DNA of 64,000 nt from an uncultured Candidatus Saccharibacteria bacterium (GCA_965231155.1 OZ246418.1:573710-637709), one strand, 5' to 3'. Counted from the first letter of the stretch, positions 29,864 to 41,200 are shown. A program made the numbers and translations. Notes: a model not told the origin generated them from the letters alone.

Positions 29864-31627
29864 CTAAGCAGTCTTCTGGGTAATTTCTTCTTGGATTTTC
29901 GCAACGAGATCCGATGTGGCGAGAGTGCCTTCCTGGCCACGGCTGTAGTGACGGATGCTGACAGTGCCTTCAGTTTGTTCTTTTTCGCCCACAACTAAAA
30001 CGTAAGGAATCTTTTTCATCTCTGATTCGCGGATGCGCTTGCCGAGGGTTTGGTCGAGTTCGCTCATTTCAGCACGGATGCCGGAGGCGCGAAGAGTTTC
30101 TCGAATTTCTTCGCCATATTCAGCAAACTTTTCACTAACGGGCAAGATGATGGCTTGAACCGGGGAGAGCCAGACTGGGAAGGCGCCGGCGTAGTGTTCG
30201 ATAAGGAATGCCATAAAACGTTCATGGGTGCTCAGGGGCGCACGGTGGATTACGAATACCTCATTGTTGTCCTTACCTTCGTTATCATGATACGTGAGGG
30301 AGAACCGTTTTTTGGCTGCAAAGTCGAGCTGAATTGTGGACATTGTTTCCTCTCTTCCAATGACTGATTTGAACTGTACATCAAGCTTTGGTCCATAGAA
30401 TGCAGCCTCGCCACTTACTTCGATAAATTTAGCTCCTGATTCCTCGAGGACTTTTCTCAAAACTCCTTCGGCAAATTTCCAGTTGGTTGGTTCGTTGATG
30501 TATTTATTTTTGTTTTTTGGATCCCATTTTGATAGGCGGAACCAGTAATCTTTCAGTCCGAAGATTTCAAAATACTCCATCGTCATTTTAAGCACCTGTT
30601 TCATCTCATCTTCGATCTGATCTTTTCGACAGTAGATGTGGGCGTCATTCATCGAGAGCATTCGTACGCGCAGGAGTCCGGCGAGTGTGCCTGAGAGTTC
30701 ATTTCTGTAAACCGTACCGTACTCAGCTAGACGGAGCGGTAGATCGCGATAACTTCTCGGCTGGGCTCGATAGATGATGTGGTGAAGCGGACAGTTCATC
30801 GCTTTTAAGTAGTAGGTGCCATCATCCATCTTCATAGCGGGGTACATATCTTCCTCGTAGTAGGGAAGATGGCCGGACATTAAGAACAGTTCTTTTTTGG
30901 CCAGGTGTGGAGTTGATACTCGTTTGTAGCCATATTTTTCTTCTGTTTCAACTGCCATTTTTTCTATTTGATCACGAAGCAGCATTCCGTTTGGTAGCCA
31001 GAGGGGGAGGCCTTTTCCTACGAGATCATCGATTACAAAGATGCCAAGTTCCTGACCGATTTTACGGTGGTCTCGTTTTTTGGCTTCCTCGAGCATAGCG
31101 AGATGTTTCTGGAGCTCATCTTTGGTTTCGAAGGCGATGCCATAAATACGAGTGAGTTGGGGATTTTTTTCATTACCTTTCCAGTAGGCGCCAGCAACTT
31201 TATCCAAAACGAATGCATCAGGATTGATCTCTTTCGTATTCTTCACGTGTCCGCCTTTGCAGAGATCGGTGAAGATTGTACCGGTTGAGTAGGCTGTGAG
31301 TGGTTTTTTGTCTTTAGTAAAGTCTTTGATGAGCTCGAGTTTGAATGGTTGATCTTTAAACATTCGCTTGGCTACTAACGGGGTGATTTTTTTACCACTA
31401 ATAGGAAGATTCATTCTGATATACTCACGCATCGTTTTCTCGATCTCTTTTAGTTCCTCTGGTGTGAGGGGACGGGGGAGTTTGAAGTCGTAATAAAAAC
31501 CGTTTTCGATGACTGGTCCAATACCGAGTTTCGCTTTGGGGAATTTTTTAAGGACGGCAGCGGCTAAAAGGTGGGCCAGGGAGTGGCGCAAGGCATCGTT
31601 CTTATTGATTTCTTCTTTTTGAGGCAT
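29864..31627 (-). CDS. thrS: Threonyl-tRNA synthetase (no TGS domain)
   Basis: RHSLAH, DLCKGGH, RDHRKIG, MNCP.H, AFYGPK, HRA. Confidence 0.97.
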   Translation of the reverse strand: MPQKEEINKNDALRHSLAHLLAAAVLKKFPKAKLGIGPVIENGFYYDFKLPRPLTPEELKEIEKTMREYIRMNLPISGKKITPLVAKRMFKDQPFKLELIKDFTKDKKPLTAYSTGTIFTDLCKGGHVKNTKEINPDAFVLDKVAGAYWKGNEKNPQLTRIYGIAFETKDELQKHLAMLEEAKKRDHRKIGQELGIFVIDDLVGKGLPLWLPNGMLLRDQIEKMAVETEEKYGYKRVSTPHLAKKELFLMSGHLPYYEEDMYPAMKMDDGTYYLKAMNCPLHHIIYRAQPRSYRDLPLRLAEYGTVYRNELSGTLAGLLRVRMLSMNDAHIYCRKDQIEDEMKQVLKMTMEYFEIFGLKDYWFRLSKWDPKNKNKYINEPTNWKFAEGVLRKVLEESGAKFIEVSGEAAFYGPKLDVQFKSVIGREETMSTIQLDFAAKKRFSLTYHDNEGKDNNEVFVIHRAPLSTHERFMAFLIEHYAGAFPVWLSPVQAIILPVSEKFAEYGEEIRETLRASGIRAEMSELDQTLGKRIRESEMKKIPYVLVVGEKEQTEGTVSIRHYSRGQEGTLATSDLVAKIQEEITQKTA

Positions 31628-31705
31628 ACGTCGGATTATAGGGAAAAACGGACTTTTTTGGAAGGGTGGTAGCTACTTAGGAATAAAAAAACTGCGCATG
31701 GATTT

Positions 31706-32344
31706 TCATCGAGCGCAGTTGATGAGAGGAGATACTCCTGCCATCTTTTGTAGGTAGTTTTCGAACGCCAACTGATTTTTCGACCAGTAATAGAAGACAC
31801 CGCCGTCCGGACAACCGATTTGATCTAGCCAGTCAAGATCGAAGATCATCCCAAAATAGCGGTTGAGATGCGTTGCTGGCCAGGTGTAATCAATGGCTTT
31901 TCCCGCTTGAACATTCCAGGCGTGAAGCATTGGTCCCGAGGGAGAGACCGCGAAACCTTCAGCGTACTGGAGACCGTACTTTCTGGCCATGCTGGCGGTG
32001 TTGTAAAAACAACACCAGGAATGTAGGTCTTCCTCCTTAAAACCACGGACGAACTCTTCCTGAGGGAGATTTCCCGCTTCGAAGTTTCGGCCATGCTTCA
32101 AAAGGAGGGAGACCCAGGACTGACCTCTACCTCTTTCCCAGGAAAGGGCCTGGTAGGCAGAGGGCATTTTCCCAAGAACACTGGCAAGGGCCAGACGCTC
32201 CATTTCCCCTTGGGGTTTCTGCAATGACTCAGCGATTCCAATAACAACCTTAGGATCGCCATCGATTTCGGTTCCCCGACTGAATCTCAGCCAAAGCCCA
32301 TCCCTTTCCCTCGATGCTCTGAAGGAAATCCTTTCCATATCCAT
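31706..32344 (-). CDS. Hypothetical protein with C-terminal papain/transglutaminase-like Cys-His-Asp domain
   Basis: CFYN...YAEGFA...HAWN...IDYTW...YFG; SD-like AGAAAGGA upstream. Confidence 0.6.
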   Translation of the reverse strand: MDMERISFRASRERDGLWLRFSRGTEIDGDPKVVIGIAESLQKPQGEMERLALASVLGKMPSAYQALSWERGRGQSWVSLLLKHGRNFEAGNLPQEEFVRGFKEEDLHSWCCFYNTASMARKYGLQYAEGFAVSPSGPMLHAWNVQAGKAIDYTWPATHLNRYFGMIFDLDWLDQIGCPDGGVFYYWSKNQLAFENYLQKMAGVSPLINCAR

Positions 32345-32478
32345 TCCTTTCTCGCTGAGACATTTTATACATGAGAATAATAGATTAGTCCATATGACTA
32401 CAGTCTATGCTCCTACTTTACATTACCTCAGGGATGTTCTATAAATTTTGCAGTTATTTTTTCCAAGAGGAGGTAGCG

Positions 32479-32766
32479 GTGGAAGAAACCATCGAGGGAA
32501 TCATCGTTCGGAGGGGTGGTAAGTTTCTCAGTCGTGCTCGTCGATGGGTGCGACACCGGAATAAGAGGCACACGAGGGGAGTCGAGCGCGCGTTCGTTCA
32601 CGACCCCGTTGCCATGCTCTGCTCAGAGTTGTGGCAGGAGGATGATGGAGTGGAGGTCCTCTCGGCGGTCTATGACCGCAGGACCGATTCCACGGTGGTT
32701 GCACAGGAGGTCTGGACTCCGTTTCGGCAGTTCCAGGCTCTTGTAGCCATTGAATCCTTGGATTGA
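32479..32766 (+). CDS. Hypothetical protein (no recognisable family)
   Basis: GTG at 32479 preceded by GAGGAGGT; hairpin and T-run terminator at 32768-32800. Confidence 0.55.
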   Translation: MEETIEGIIVRRGGKFLSRARRWVRHRNKRHTRGVERAFVHDPVAMLCSELWQEDDGVEVLSAVYDRRTDSTVVAQEVWTPFRQFQALVAIESLD

Positions 32767-32844
32767 TAAGCGATAAGGGGACTCCCTTGTTGCTTTTTTT
32801 TATTTGCTTAACAAGCGTCTTAATCCGTTGTATATTGGTCAGAT

Positions 32845-34122
32845 ATGATTGATGTGAAACTGCTCCGAGAGGAGCCGGAAAGGGTGAAAACGGGTATTGC
32901 TAAAAAGAATAAGGATCCTAAGTTGGTGGATCAGTTTTTAGCGTTGGATAATGACTGGCGGAAGCTGACCAAGGAGGCAGATGAACTTCGTGCTGAACAG
33001 AAGAAAGTGGCGGCGGCACGCGATATTGAGGGAGGAAAGCAGTTAAAAACTAAGCTTAAAGAGCTTGAGGAGAAAATTGGGCAGTTAATTACTGAACGAG
33101 ATGAGATTTGGGATAAGATTCCGAACTTGCCTTTTGACGAGGTGATTGTCGGTAAGGATGAGTCCGAAAATCAGCCTATTCGGAAATGGGGTGAGCCAAC
33201 GAAATTTGATTTTGAACCAAAGGATCATCTGGATATCGGAGAAGCTCTTGGTTTGATTGATGTGAAGAAAGCGAGCGAGATTTCTGGTTCTCGTTTTGCC
33301 TATCTGAAAGGCGATGTGGCGATGTTGGAATTTGCTATTGTTTCGTTTGTGTTCAACACACTTCAGGACCAGTCGGTTTTGAAGGTGATTGCCGAAAAAG
33401 TGAAACCAGGATTTTCACCAAAGCCATTTATTCCCGTGGTGCCTCCTCAGATGATTCGGCCAGAAGTGTTTAAGCGAATGGGTCGTTTAGAGCCAAAAGA
33501 GGAGCGGTATCATATTCCTTCTGACGATATGTATCTGATCGGTAGTGCTGAACATACCTTAGGGCCATTGCATATGGATGAGATTATTCCTGAGGAGCAG
33601 TTGCCAATTCGGTATGTCGGTTTTTCAACGAGCTATCGTCGAGAGGCGGGAACGTATGGGAAGGACATGAAGGGGATCCTCAGAGTTCATCAGTTTGATA
33701 AGTTGGAGATGGAGACATTTTCTTTGCCGGAGGATTCAACTGCTGAACAGGATTTTATTGTGGGGATTCAGGAGTATTTAGTGCAGGCGTTGGAGTTGCC
33801 CTATCAGGTGGTTTCTATATGTACCGGTGATATGGGAGGGCCGGATGCACGACAGATCGATATCGAGACATGGTTGCCGGGTCAGAACCAGTATCGTGAA
33901 ACGCATACTTCTGATCTGATGACTGACTATCAGTCGCGTCGTTTGAATACGCGAGTTCGACGAACCGACGGTACGCTACAACTCGTTCATATGAATGATG
34001 CTACGGCGTTCGCGATTGGTCGGATTTTGATTGCGATCATCGAGAACTATCAGACTAAGGAGGGAAAGATTCGTGTACCTAAAGTGTTGCAGGCGTATAT
34101 GGGCAAGGAGGTGATTGGTTAG
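32845..34122 (+). CDS. serS: Seryl-tRNA synthetase
   Basis: IPNLP, SGSRF, GSAEH, YRREAG, RVHQFDKLE, IIENYQ. Confidence 0.97.
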   Translation: MIDVKLLREEPERVKTGIAKKNKDPKLVDQFLALDNDWRKLTKEADELRAEQKKVAAARDIEGGKQLKTKLKELEEKIGQLITERDEIWDKIPNLPFDEVIVGKDESENQPIRKWGEPTKFDFEPKDHLDIGEALGLIDVKKASEISGSRFAYLKGDVAMLEFAIVSFVFNTLQDQSVLKVIAEKVKPGFSPKPFIPVVPPQMIRPEVFKRMGRLEPKEERYHIPSDDMYLIGSAEHTLGPLHMDEIIPEEQLPIRYVGFSTSYRREAGTYGKDMKGILRVHQFDKLEMETFSLPEDSTAEQDFIVGIQEYLVQALELPYQVVSICTGDMGGPDARQIDIETWLPGQNQYRETHTSDLMTDYQSRRLNTRVRRTDGTLQLVHMNDATAFAIGRILIAIIENYQTKEGKIRVPKVLQAYMGKEVIG

Positions 34123-34162
34123 TTTTTTTAAAAAATAACGACCGCTTTTTTCATTCAATCGT

Positions 34163-35119
34163 ATGCTTGAAATTATTCAACGACTTAAAGAAAAAGTTGG
34201 TCTGGCTTTCTATCTCCACCCACAAAAATACGACATATCCTGCGAGGTGGTTTTGAAAAACATTGCTTCTGGTACGAAAGATTTCCATTTGATCCTACCA
34301 TTGCCTCGAGATGGATCTGGGCAGAGAGTTTTGGTTCAACCGGTAGTTTTTCCTCATCCACGGAACGTTAAGAAAGATCAGACGTTTAATAATCCATATG
34401 CCGTTTTTGTGGGTACGGCAGAGGCGGGAGAGAATTTAATCTTTCGTTACACTGCTCAGATTACGACTGAACCTCGTGATGTTCTTCCAAATCAGACATT
34501 TACTTCAACAGATTACGATCGGCTTGTACCAGGAGAATTGACGATGTGGACTCGTCCAACTTTTCATATTGATTCTCGCGATCCTCGAGTTCTGGCTTTG
34601 GCTGAGGAGGCGAAAAAAGGCGCCAGTGATGTTTCTTCTATACTGAATAATTTAAATGAGTTTGTTATACAACGACTGAAATATGGAGCACCGATCGATG
34701 GACTATATACCGTCGATCAGGTTTTAAAAAATGATCAGGTTGATTGTGGTGGTTTCGACGTCCTTTTTGTTTCTTTGTGCAGAGTGTTGGGAATTCCGGC
34801 TCGATTGGTTAGTGGTTTTTGGATTGGACACAAAAAAAATACGATGCATGCCTGGGCCGAAGTACTACTGCCGGATGGCCAGTGGCTTCCTCTCGATCCG
34901 TCTGTTGAGTATCTTTCGCGGAAGGGACGAACATTGAAAAGTGGGCGCTTGGGATTCGTGGGAAGTGATCGACTGGTTCTTTCTTACGATGCTGATGTAC
35001 CGATTGAGATTGATGGCCAGAAAGTGACCGCCGATTTATTACAGCATCCTTTTTTGGTATCCGCTGAGGAGCGTACTCATTTCTCGATTAGTACTAACAT
35101 TACTGCACAAAGACTATGA
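34163..35119 (+). CDS. Transglutaminase-like protein
   Basis: DCGGFDVLFVSLCRVLGIPARLVSG, HAWAE, W.PLDP (Cys-His-Asp triad). Confidence 0.9.
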   Translation: MLEIIQRLKEKVGLAFYLHPQKYDISCEVVLKNIASGTKDFHLILPLPRDGSGQRVLVQPVVFPHPRNVKKDQTFNNPYAVFVGTAEAGENLIFRYTAQITTEPRDVLPNQTFTSTDYDRLVPGELTMWTRPTFHIDSRDPRVLALAEEAKKGASDVSSILNNLNEFVIQRLKYGAPIDGLYTVDQVLKNDQVDCGGFDVLFVSLCRVLGIPARLVSGFWIGHKKNTMHAWAEVLLPDGQWLPLDPSVEYLSRKGRTLKSGRLGFVGSDRLVLSYDADVPIEIDGQKVTADLLQHPFLVSAEERTHFSISTNITAQRL

Positions 35120-36360
35120 TGCGTTCTATTTTCACAAGTCTCTCGCCGAACCTAGAGAAGGACGATGCCTTCTTGGCGTTAAAGCTTATCTTCCGTCCAT
35201 GGCTGTGGCAGGAGGGAGGGGCGGTGGCTGAGTTAGAAAAAATATTTGAGCGTGATTTCAAGACTGATCATGCTGTGGCGTTCGAGTCTGGGAGAACGAG
35301 CTTGACCACACTGTTAGAAACAGCGAACTTACTACCCGGAGATGAGGTGGCAGTGCAGGCTTACACCTGTGTGGCGGTGCCGAATGCGGTGTTGTGGGCA
35401 GGACTGAAACCACTCTATATCGATTGTGATAATCAGACTCTTGTAATGTCAGTAGATGACCTAGAAAAAAAGATTACTGCTCGGACGAAGGCGGTTATCG
35501 TGCAACATACATTTGGCCAGCCAGCGGAGATGAAAAAGATTTTGCGGATGGCACGGAAATACGAACTTATTGTTATCGAAGACTGTGCGCATGTTATCGG
35601 AGGTATGTATCAGGGAAAATTACTAGGCACCTGGGGAGATGCCAGTTTTTTTAGTTTTGGTCGTGATAAACCAATTTCCAGCATATTTGGAGGTATGGTT
35701 ATCACTAATAATAGTGCTTGGGCGGAGAGATTGAGAGCGAGGCGTGAGAGGTATCCATTGCCAAGTCGATGGTGGGTGTTCCAGCAGTTATATCACCCTA
35801 TCGCTTTTTTCAAGATAAAAACTCTGTATGATTTTGCTGGCTTAGGACAGGTGATATTTCAGATAGTGAAAAAGCTAGGACTTGTTTCGAAGGCAGTCCA
35901 TCAGCTAGAGCGACAAGGGGAGCGTCCGCCTTTTGTGTTTCATCGTATGCCCAATGCGTTGGCCCTTCTTGCGTTACATCAGTATGATAAACTTGAGAAG
36001 TTTAATGCACATCGGAAAAGAATCGCTAATCTTTACAAGGAATATCTCGGCGGTGGTCAGTTAACGAAAGAGGTTGGAGAGGAGGTATTTTATTTGCGAT
36101 TTCCTTTGCGACTCAGGAATCCACGGGGATTAATGAAGGCAGCGAGACTAGAAAAGATTTATTTAGGGGACTGGTATGATACGCCGATCGCCCCTCGCGG
36201 AGTGAGTTATCAGAGAATTAGTTATCAGCTAGGAAGTTGTCCTGTGGCGGAGGAGGTGGCTCGTCAGATGGTCAATTTGCCAACTGACATCCATATTACT
36301 TCTGATGATGTTGAGCGAATCGTCGGTGTTCTCAAAGAGTATCTCGAGGAAAGAGTATGA
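35116..36360 (+). CDS. DegT/DnrJ/EryC1/StrS-family PLP aminotransferase
   Basis: SGRTSL, QHTFG, IEDCAH, FSFGRDK (PLP lysine), NLPT. Confidence 0.9.
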   Translation: MMRSIFTSLSPNLEKDDAFLALKLIFRPWLWQEGGAVAELEKIFERDFKTDHAVAFESGRTSLTTLLETANLLPGDEVAVQAYTCVAVPNAVLWAGLKPLYIDCDNQTLVMSVDDLEKKITARTKAVIVQHTFGQPAEMKKILRMARKYELIVIEDCAHVIGGMYQGKLLGTWGDASFFSFGRDKPISSIFGGMVITNNSAWAERLRARRERYPLPSRWWVFQQLYHPIAFFKIKTLYDFAGLGQVIFQIVKKLGLVSKAVHQLERQGERPPFVFHRMPNALALLALHQYDKLEKFNAHRKRIANLYKEYLGGGQLTKEVGEEVFYLRFPLRLRNPRGLMKAARLEKIYLGDWYDTPIAPRGVSYQRISYQLGSCPVAEEVARQMVNLPTDIHITSDDVERIVGVLKEYLEERV

Positions 36361-37379
36361 AAATTCAAGAAGTCATATCTAAGGATGTTTGGGAGGATTT
36401 TTTGACTACCCAGCAACCGCACTCATTTTTAACCTCCTGGAACTGGGGGGAGGTTCAGTCTCGTCTCGGTACTCAGATTATCCGACTTGGCGTATTCGAT
36501 GGGGATCGTTTAGTGGCGGTTACTTTAGTTCTTTTTGTGCAGGCTCGGCGAGGTGCCTTTCTTTTTTGTCCTCATGGTCCAGTGATTACTGAAGGAGTAG
36601 ATAGGTATGCTGTCCTTGAGGCGCTTACTCATTTCCTGGTGCAACGCGGGAAAGATTTGGGATGTAGTTTTATAAGAATTAGTTCACTGTTTTTGAACAA
36701 CGAGGAGAATCGGACAATGTTCACGCGATTAGGTTTTCGTGATGCATCGGTTCATCTGATGCATCCGGAGTTAGCCTGGCTTTTGGATGTGCAAAAAGAA
36801 GACGAAGTATTACTGAAGGAGATGCGAAAGACAACACGTTATCTTATCCGCAAGGCAGAGAAGGAGGCGGTGGTTATTAAAGAAGGTACTGACACCGAAG
36901 CGCTAGAAACTTTTTTGAGGGTGTATCGAACCACTGTACATCGTCAGCAATTTACGCCATTCAAGGACGAATCTTTTCGCAGTGAACTCGAGGTTTTTAG
37001 AGCTGATAATCAGGTAAAAATATTTAGAGCGGAGTATGAAGGGAAGGTGATTGCCTCAGCCATCATTATTTTTTATGGCTCATCCGCTTTTTATCATCAC
37101 GGTGCGTCAGACCAGGCCTATAGTCAGATTCCTGGGTCGTACTTACTGCAGTGGCGAGTTATTCAGGAGGCGCGTCAACGAGGGTGCCATTTCTATAATT
37201 TTTGGGGGGTGGTTCGCCCGGAGCAAAAAAAGCATCCTTGGGCTGGACTATCTCTTTTTAAAATGGGGTTTGGAGGATTTGAAGAGGAGTATGTGCATGC
37301 CCAGGATTTTATTGTTTCGTCGCGGTATTGGTTGGTCTATTTTATAGAAAAGATTCGTCGTATTCGACGTGGACTTTAG
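36357..37379 (+). CDS. FemABX/MurM-family aminoacyl-tRNA-dependent transferase
   Basis: FLTSWNWG, PHGP, MRKTTRYLIRKA, YHHGAS, YNFWG, FKMGFGG. Confidence 0.9.
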   Translation: MKIQEVISKDVWEDFLTTQQPHSFLTSWNWGEVQSRLGTQIIRLGVFDGDRLVAVTLVLFVQARRGAFLFCPHGPVITEGVDRYAVLEALTHFLVQRGKDLGCSFIRISSLFLNNEENRTMFTRLGFRDASVHLMHPELAWLLDVQKEDEVLLKEMRKTTRYLIRKAEKEAVVIKEGTDTEALETFLRVYRTTVHRQQFTPFKDESFRSELEVFRADNQVKIFRAEYEGKVIASAIIIFYGSSAFYHHGASDQAYSQIPGSYLLQWRVIQEARQRGCHFYNFWGVVRPEQKKHPWAGLSLFKMGFGGFEEEYVHAQDFIVSSRYWLVYFIEKIRRIRRGL

Positions 37380-37445
37380 ATCCGAGAGAGCGATTGTGGA
37401 TGAAATAGATTTCTTGATACGGGGAGTGGGGAGTAAGATAGAGGT

Positions 37446-38294
37446 ATGACTTCGTCGAATCCTCGTGAAAAAATGCCACCACGCGTGACAGATTTGCATA
37501 CGCGTGCGCGCGTGCGACGATGGCGAGTGTTCGTGCTTAGTTTGTTTTCTTTAGTAGTTCTTTTTTTTGTTTTTCTTTGGTGGTTACTTTTTCGTTCTTC
37601 ATTTTTTCACTTCAGTCGCGTTGTCGTAGAGGGGAATACTCGACTTACCGATCAGGAGGTTATTAGTCTGCTTAATAAACAGGTTATTGAGCCGAGTTTT
37701 TGGCGTCGTGGTTTGGGAGGAGATAACTTTTTTGCCTGGCCTCGAGTACTTAGTAAGGAGGTAGTCAGTACCTTAGGTAATATTCGTGGAGTTTGGCTTA
37801 CTAAGGATTATTGGAATCATGAATTGAAAATCGTAGTTGAAGAGCGTCAGTTCTTTGGTATTCTTTGCGCGCGAAAGAATGAACTTCCTCAGTGTCTATG
37901 GTTTGATAAAGAGGGATTTTTCTTCGAGGAGGCATTCTTTCCTGATGGATTTCTTGTATTGTATGTTAATGACTATTCTCGTAGCGTTATCCGACTCGGT
38001 GAATTCATCTATCCTTCAGGGAAAAGAGAAAGTGCATTAGCTATTTTTAAGATAGTAGAAGATTTAGGCTTGCCAGTTTCTCACTGGACTATTCGAGAGG
38101 AGGCGCCGGGTGTGATTGAAGTTCAACTGATAGGAGGGCCAACAATATATTTTAGCCTCAAGTTCCCAGCAAGTTATATGGCTCAGGTTACCCAGTCTCT
38201 TATTGGCCAGAAGGGAATCAGTAATCTCCAGTACATAGATTTTCGAACCGAGGGACGAGTTTTCTATAAGGATCAGTCTTGGAAGGTCAACTAA
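37446..38294 (+). CDS. ftsQ: Cell division protein FtsQ/DivIB
   Basis: Basic N-tail, TM, POTRA (VVEGN), I.VEER, DKEG, YIDFR. Confidence 0.8.
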   Translation: MTSSNPREKMPPRVTDLHTRARVRRWRVFVLSLFSLVVLFFVFLWWLLFRSSFFHFSRVVVEGNTRLTDQEVISLLNKQVIEPSFWRRGLGGDNFFAWPRVLSKEVVSTLGNIRGVWLTKDYWNHELKIVVEERQFFGILCARKNELPQCLWFDKEGFFFEEAFFPDGFLVLYVNDYSRSVIRLGEFIYPSGKRESALAIFKIVEDLGLPVSHWTIREEAPGVIEVQLIGGPTIYFSLKFPASYMAQVTQSLIGQKGISNLQYIDFRTEGRVFYKDQSWKVN

Positions 38295-41200
38295 GGCTTA
38301 CTGCATTCTCGCAGATCATTTTTGGTTCGCCATTTCGCCAGGATATTTTGCCTTTGACGTAAACCACATTGCTTTCCTGCCAGACGGCGCTTGTTTTCGT
38401 GAAGATGTCGTTAAAGATAACTAGCTCTAGAGGTTTTGGTGAGAAGTCTTCGAGATGCACGAAAAGCATCGGTTGGCCATTTTTGGTGGTGATTTTTTGA
38501 ATACGAGAGACGAGAGCCAGAATTTTTACAGTGTGCCCATCATTTTTTTGTTCACGAGCCTGGTCGATGGGCGTACTTTGCCAGTCCTTCATCTTCTGAG
38601 TGAAACGGTTTAAGGGGTGGTCAGAGAGGAAGAAGCCAAGGAGTTCTTTTTCCCAGGCGAGCTTATCTTGATCGCTAATGGGGGTAGCCGGTTTTTTAAG
38701 CGTGAGCGAGAAGGTGGGGAGGTGGTCAGCACCAAAGAGAGAGTTGGTGGCTTGAGTGGCCGCTCGTTTCAGAGTAGCGCTGAACTTAAGAATCTCGTCA
38801 ATGCTTTCGAGGATCTCGCCTCGGTCGATCCCCAGGGAGTCGAGGGCACCACTTTTTGTGAGGCTTTCCAGCGATTTTTTATTGAGATCTTTATGTTGCA
38901 CTCGCCGAATAAGATCGGCCAGATCTTTAAACTCTCCGCCACGACTTCGTTCCTGAATGATGTTTTCGACAATCGCACTGCCCACGTTTTTAATAGCTAG
39001 GAGGCCAAAACGAATGGCGGATTTCTCAGCGTCTTCTTCTGGAGTGAACATGACAAAACTACGATTGATATCGGGAGGGAGGATGCCAATATTTTTTTCC
39101 TTGGCTTCTTGAATGAGGAAGGAGATTCTTTCGATATCGCTCAGTTCGGCATTGAGGAGGCTAGCCATAAACTCGAGTGGATAGTGAGATTTCAAATAGG
39201 CGGTCTGATAACCAATCAAGGCATAACAGGCAGCATGACTTTTGTTGAAGCCATAGCGAGCGAAAGGAGGAAAGAGTTCCCAGATAGCCTTGGCAGTTTT
39301 TTCAGGGATGTCATTCTTAACCATGCCTGAGATAAGTTTGCCTTTTTGTTCATCGAGGAGGGATTTAATTTTTTTACCGATAGCCTTACGGAGCGTGTCG
39401 GCTTCAGCCAGCGTGAACCCAGCGAGACTCCGTGCGATTTGCATCATCTGTTCCTGATAGACGCCAATGCCATAGGTGGTGCCGAGGATCGGTTCAAGTT
39501 TCGGATGAAGGTAGACACTTTTTTCCTTGCCTTCTTTGCGTTTAATGAAGGAAGGGATTAGCTCCATCGGACCAGGACGGTAGAGCGCAACCATCGCAAT
39601 GAGGTCTTCGAACTGAGTTGGTTTTAGTTCTTTCAGATATCGTCTCATTCCGCTGGACTCGAACTGGAAAACACCGGTTGTGTCTCCTTCCTGAAGAAGG
39701 GTGAAAGTGGCGTTGTCGTCCAGGGGTAGCTTCGACATATTAATGCTCTCTCCTTTGGTTTCTCGAACTAAGCGGATGGTATCTTGAATTGTGGATAAGT
39801 TACGGAGTCCAAGGAAGTCTATTTTCAGCAATCCCAGGTCCTCGATGGTGTGCATTTCGAACTGAGTGATAATACTGTCCTTGTCTTGAGGAGCGAACTG
39901 GAGGGGGACGTGATTGGCTAGGGGTTCTTTAGAGATTACTGTACCGCAGGCATGGACGGAAGCATGACGGGCCACGCCTTCTAGGTGGAGCGCCGCGTCG
40001 AGGAGTTTTTTAGCTTCTGGATTTGTCGTGTAGAGTTCCTTCAGTTCGGCCACGTCGTCTAGGGCGGTTTGGAGTTGGAGGTGGGGCGTAGCCGGAATAA
40101 GTTTTGCTACTTGATCGCAGAAGCTATAAGCAACTCCCATAGCGCGACCAGCATCACGGATAGCGGCTCGGGCCGCCATGGTCCCAAAGGTGATGATCTG
40201 AGCTACCTTATCGTTCCCATATTTTTCACGGGCGTAAGCTAAGACTTCGTCTCGTCTCGTATCAGCAAAATCGATATCGACATCGGGCATCTGGATACGA
40301 TCTGGGTTCAGGAATCGTTCAAAGAGAAGATCGTAGTTTAAAGGATTCAGATCGGTAATGCGGAGTATGTAGGAGAGTAAGCTCCCAGCAGCAGAACCAC
40401 GACCAGGACCAACAGAGATACCGTGATCTTTGGCCCAGTTGATGAGATCCTGCACGATGAGGAAGTAGTCAGCAAAGCCAGTTTTCTCAATCACTCCTAA
40501 TTCATACTCAACACGCTCTTTCACTTCAGCGGTTTGTTCTTCCAGAGTAAATCGTTCGCCAATTCTTTCCTGGACGAGATCACGAAGGTATTGATTTGCC
40601 GATTTGCCGTCAGGCTTATCGAAGTGGGGGAGCAGGACAGTGCCTAGTTCAATTTCTAGATTACATCGATCGGCAATAATCTGTGTATTGGAAATTGCTT
40701 CTGGAACAAAAGAAAACTTTTCCGCTATCTCTTCCGGAGAGGAAAGAGAGAAGTCTTCATCTTTCATGCTAAGACGGTCGTCATCACTCAATCGATTGCC
40801 GGTTTGAACGGCAAGTAAAATATCGTGATACTCAGCCTCTTCTTTTTTTAGATAATGACTGTCTTGTGTGGCAACGAGTGGAATGCCGGTTTCTTTTGCC
40901 AGATTCAAGAGGAGAGGTTCGAGACGTTCGGAGTCTGGAATATGAGGATGCTTCTGGATCTCCAGGTAGTAGTTTCCTTTGCCGAGTATATTTTGATACT
41001 CAAGTGCATTTTTTTTTGCCTCCTCATTTTTTCCGGCTAAAAGTAATTGGGCAATTTCTCCGCCGAGACATGCAGAGAGGGCAATAATTCCTTCGTGATG
41101 TTCTTGGAGGAGTTCTTTGTCGATGCGAGGTTTGTAGTAGTAGCCTTCAAGATGAGACTTAGTAGAAAGTTGCATCAAGTTTTTCCAGCCAGTGAGATTG

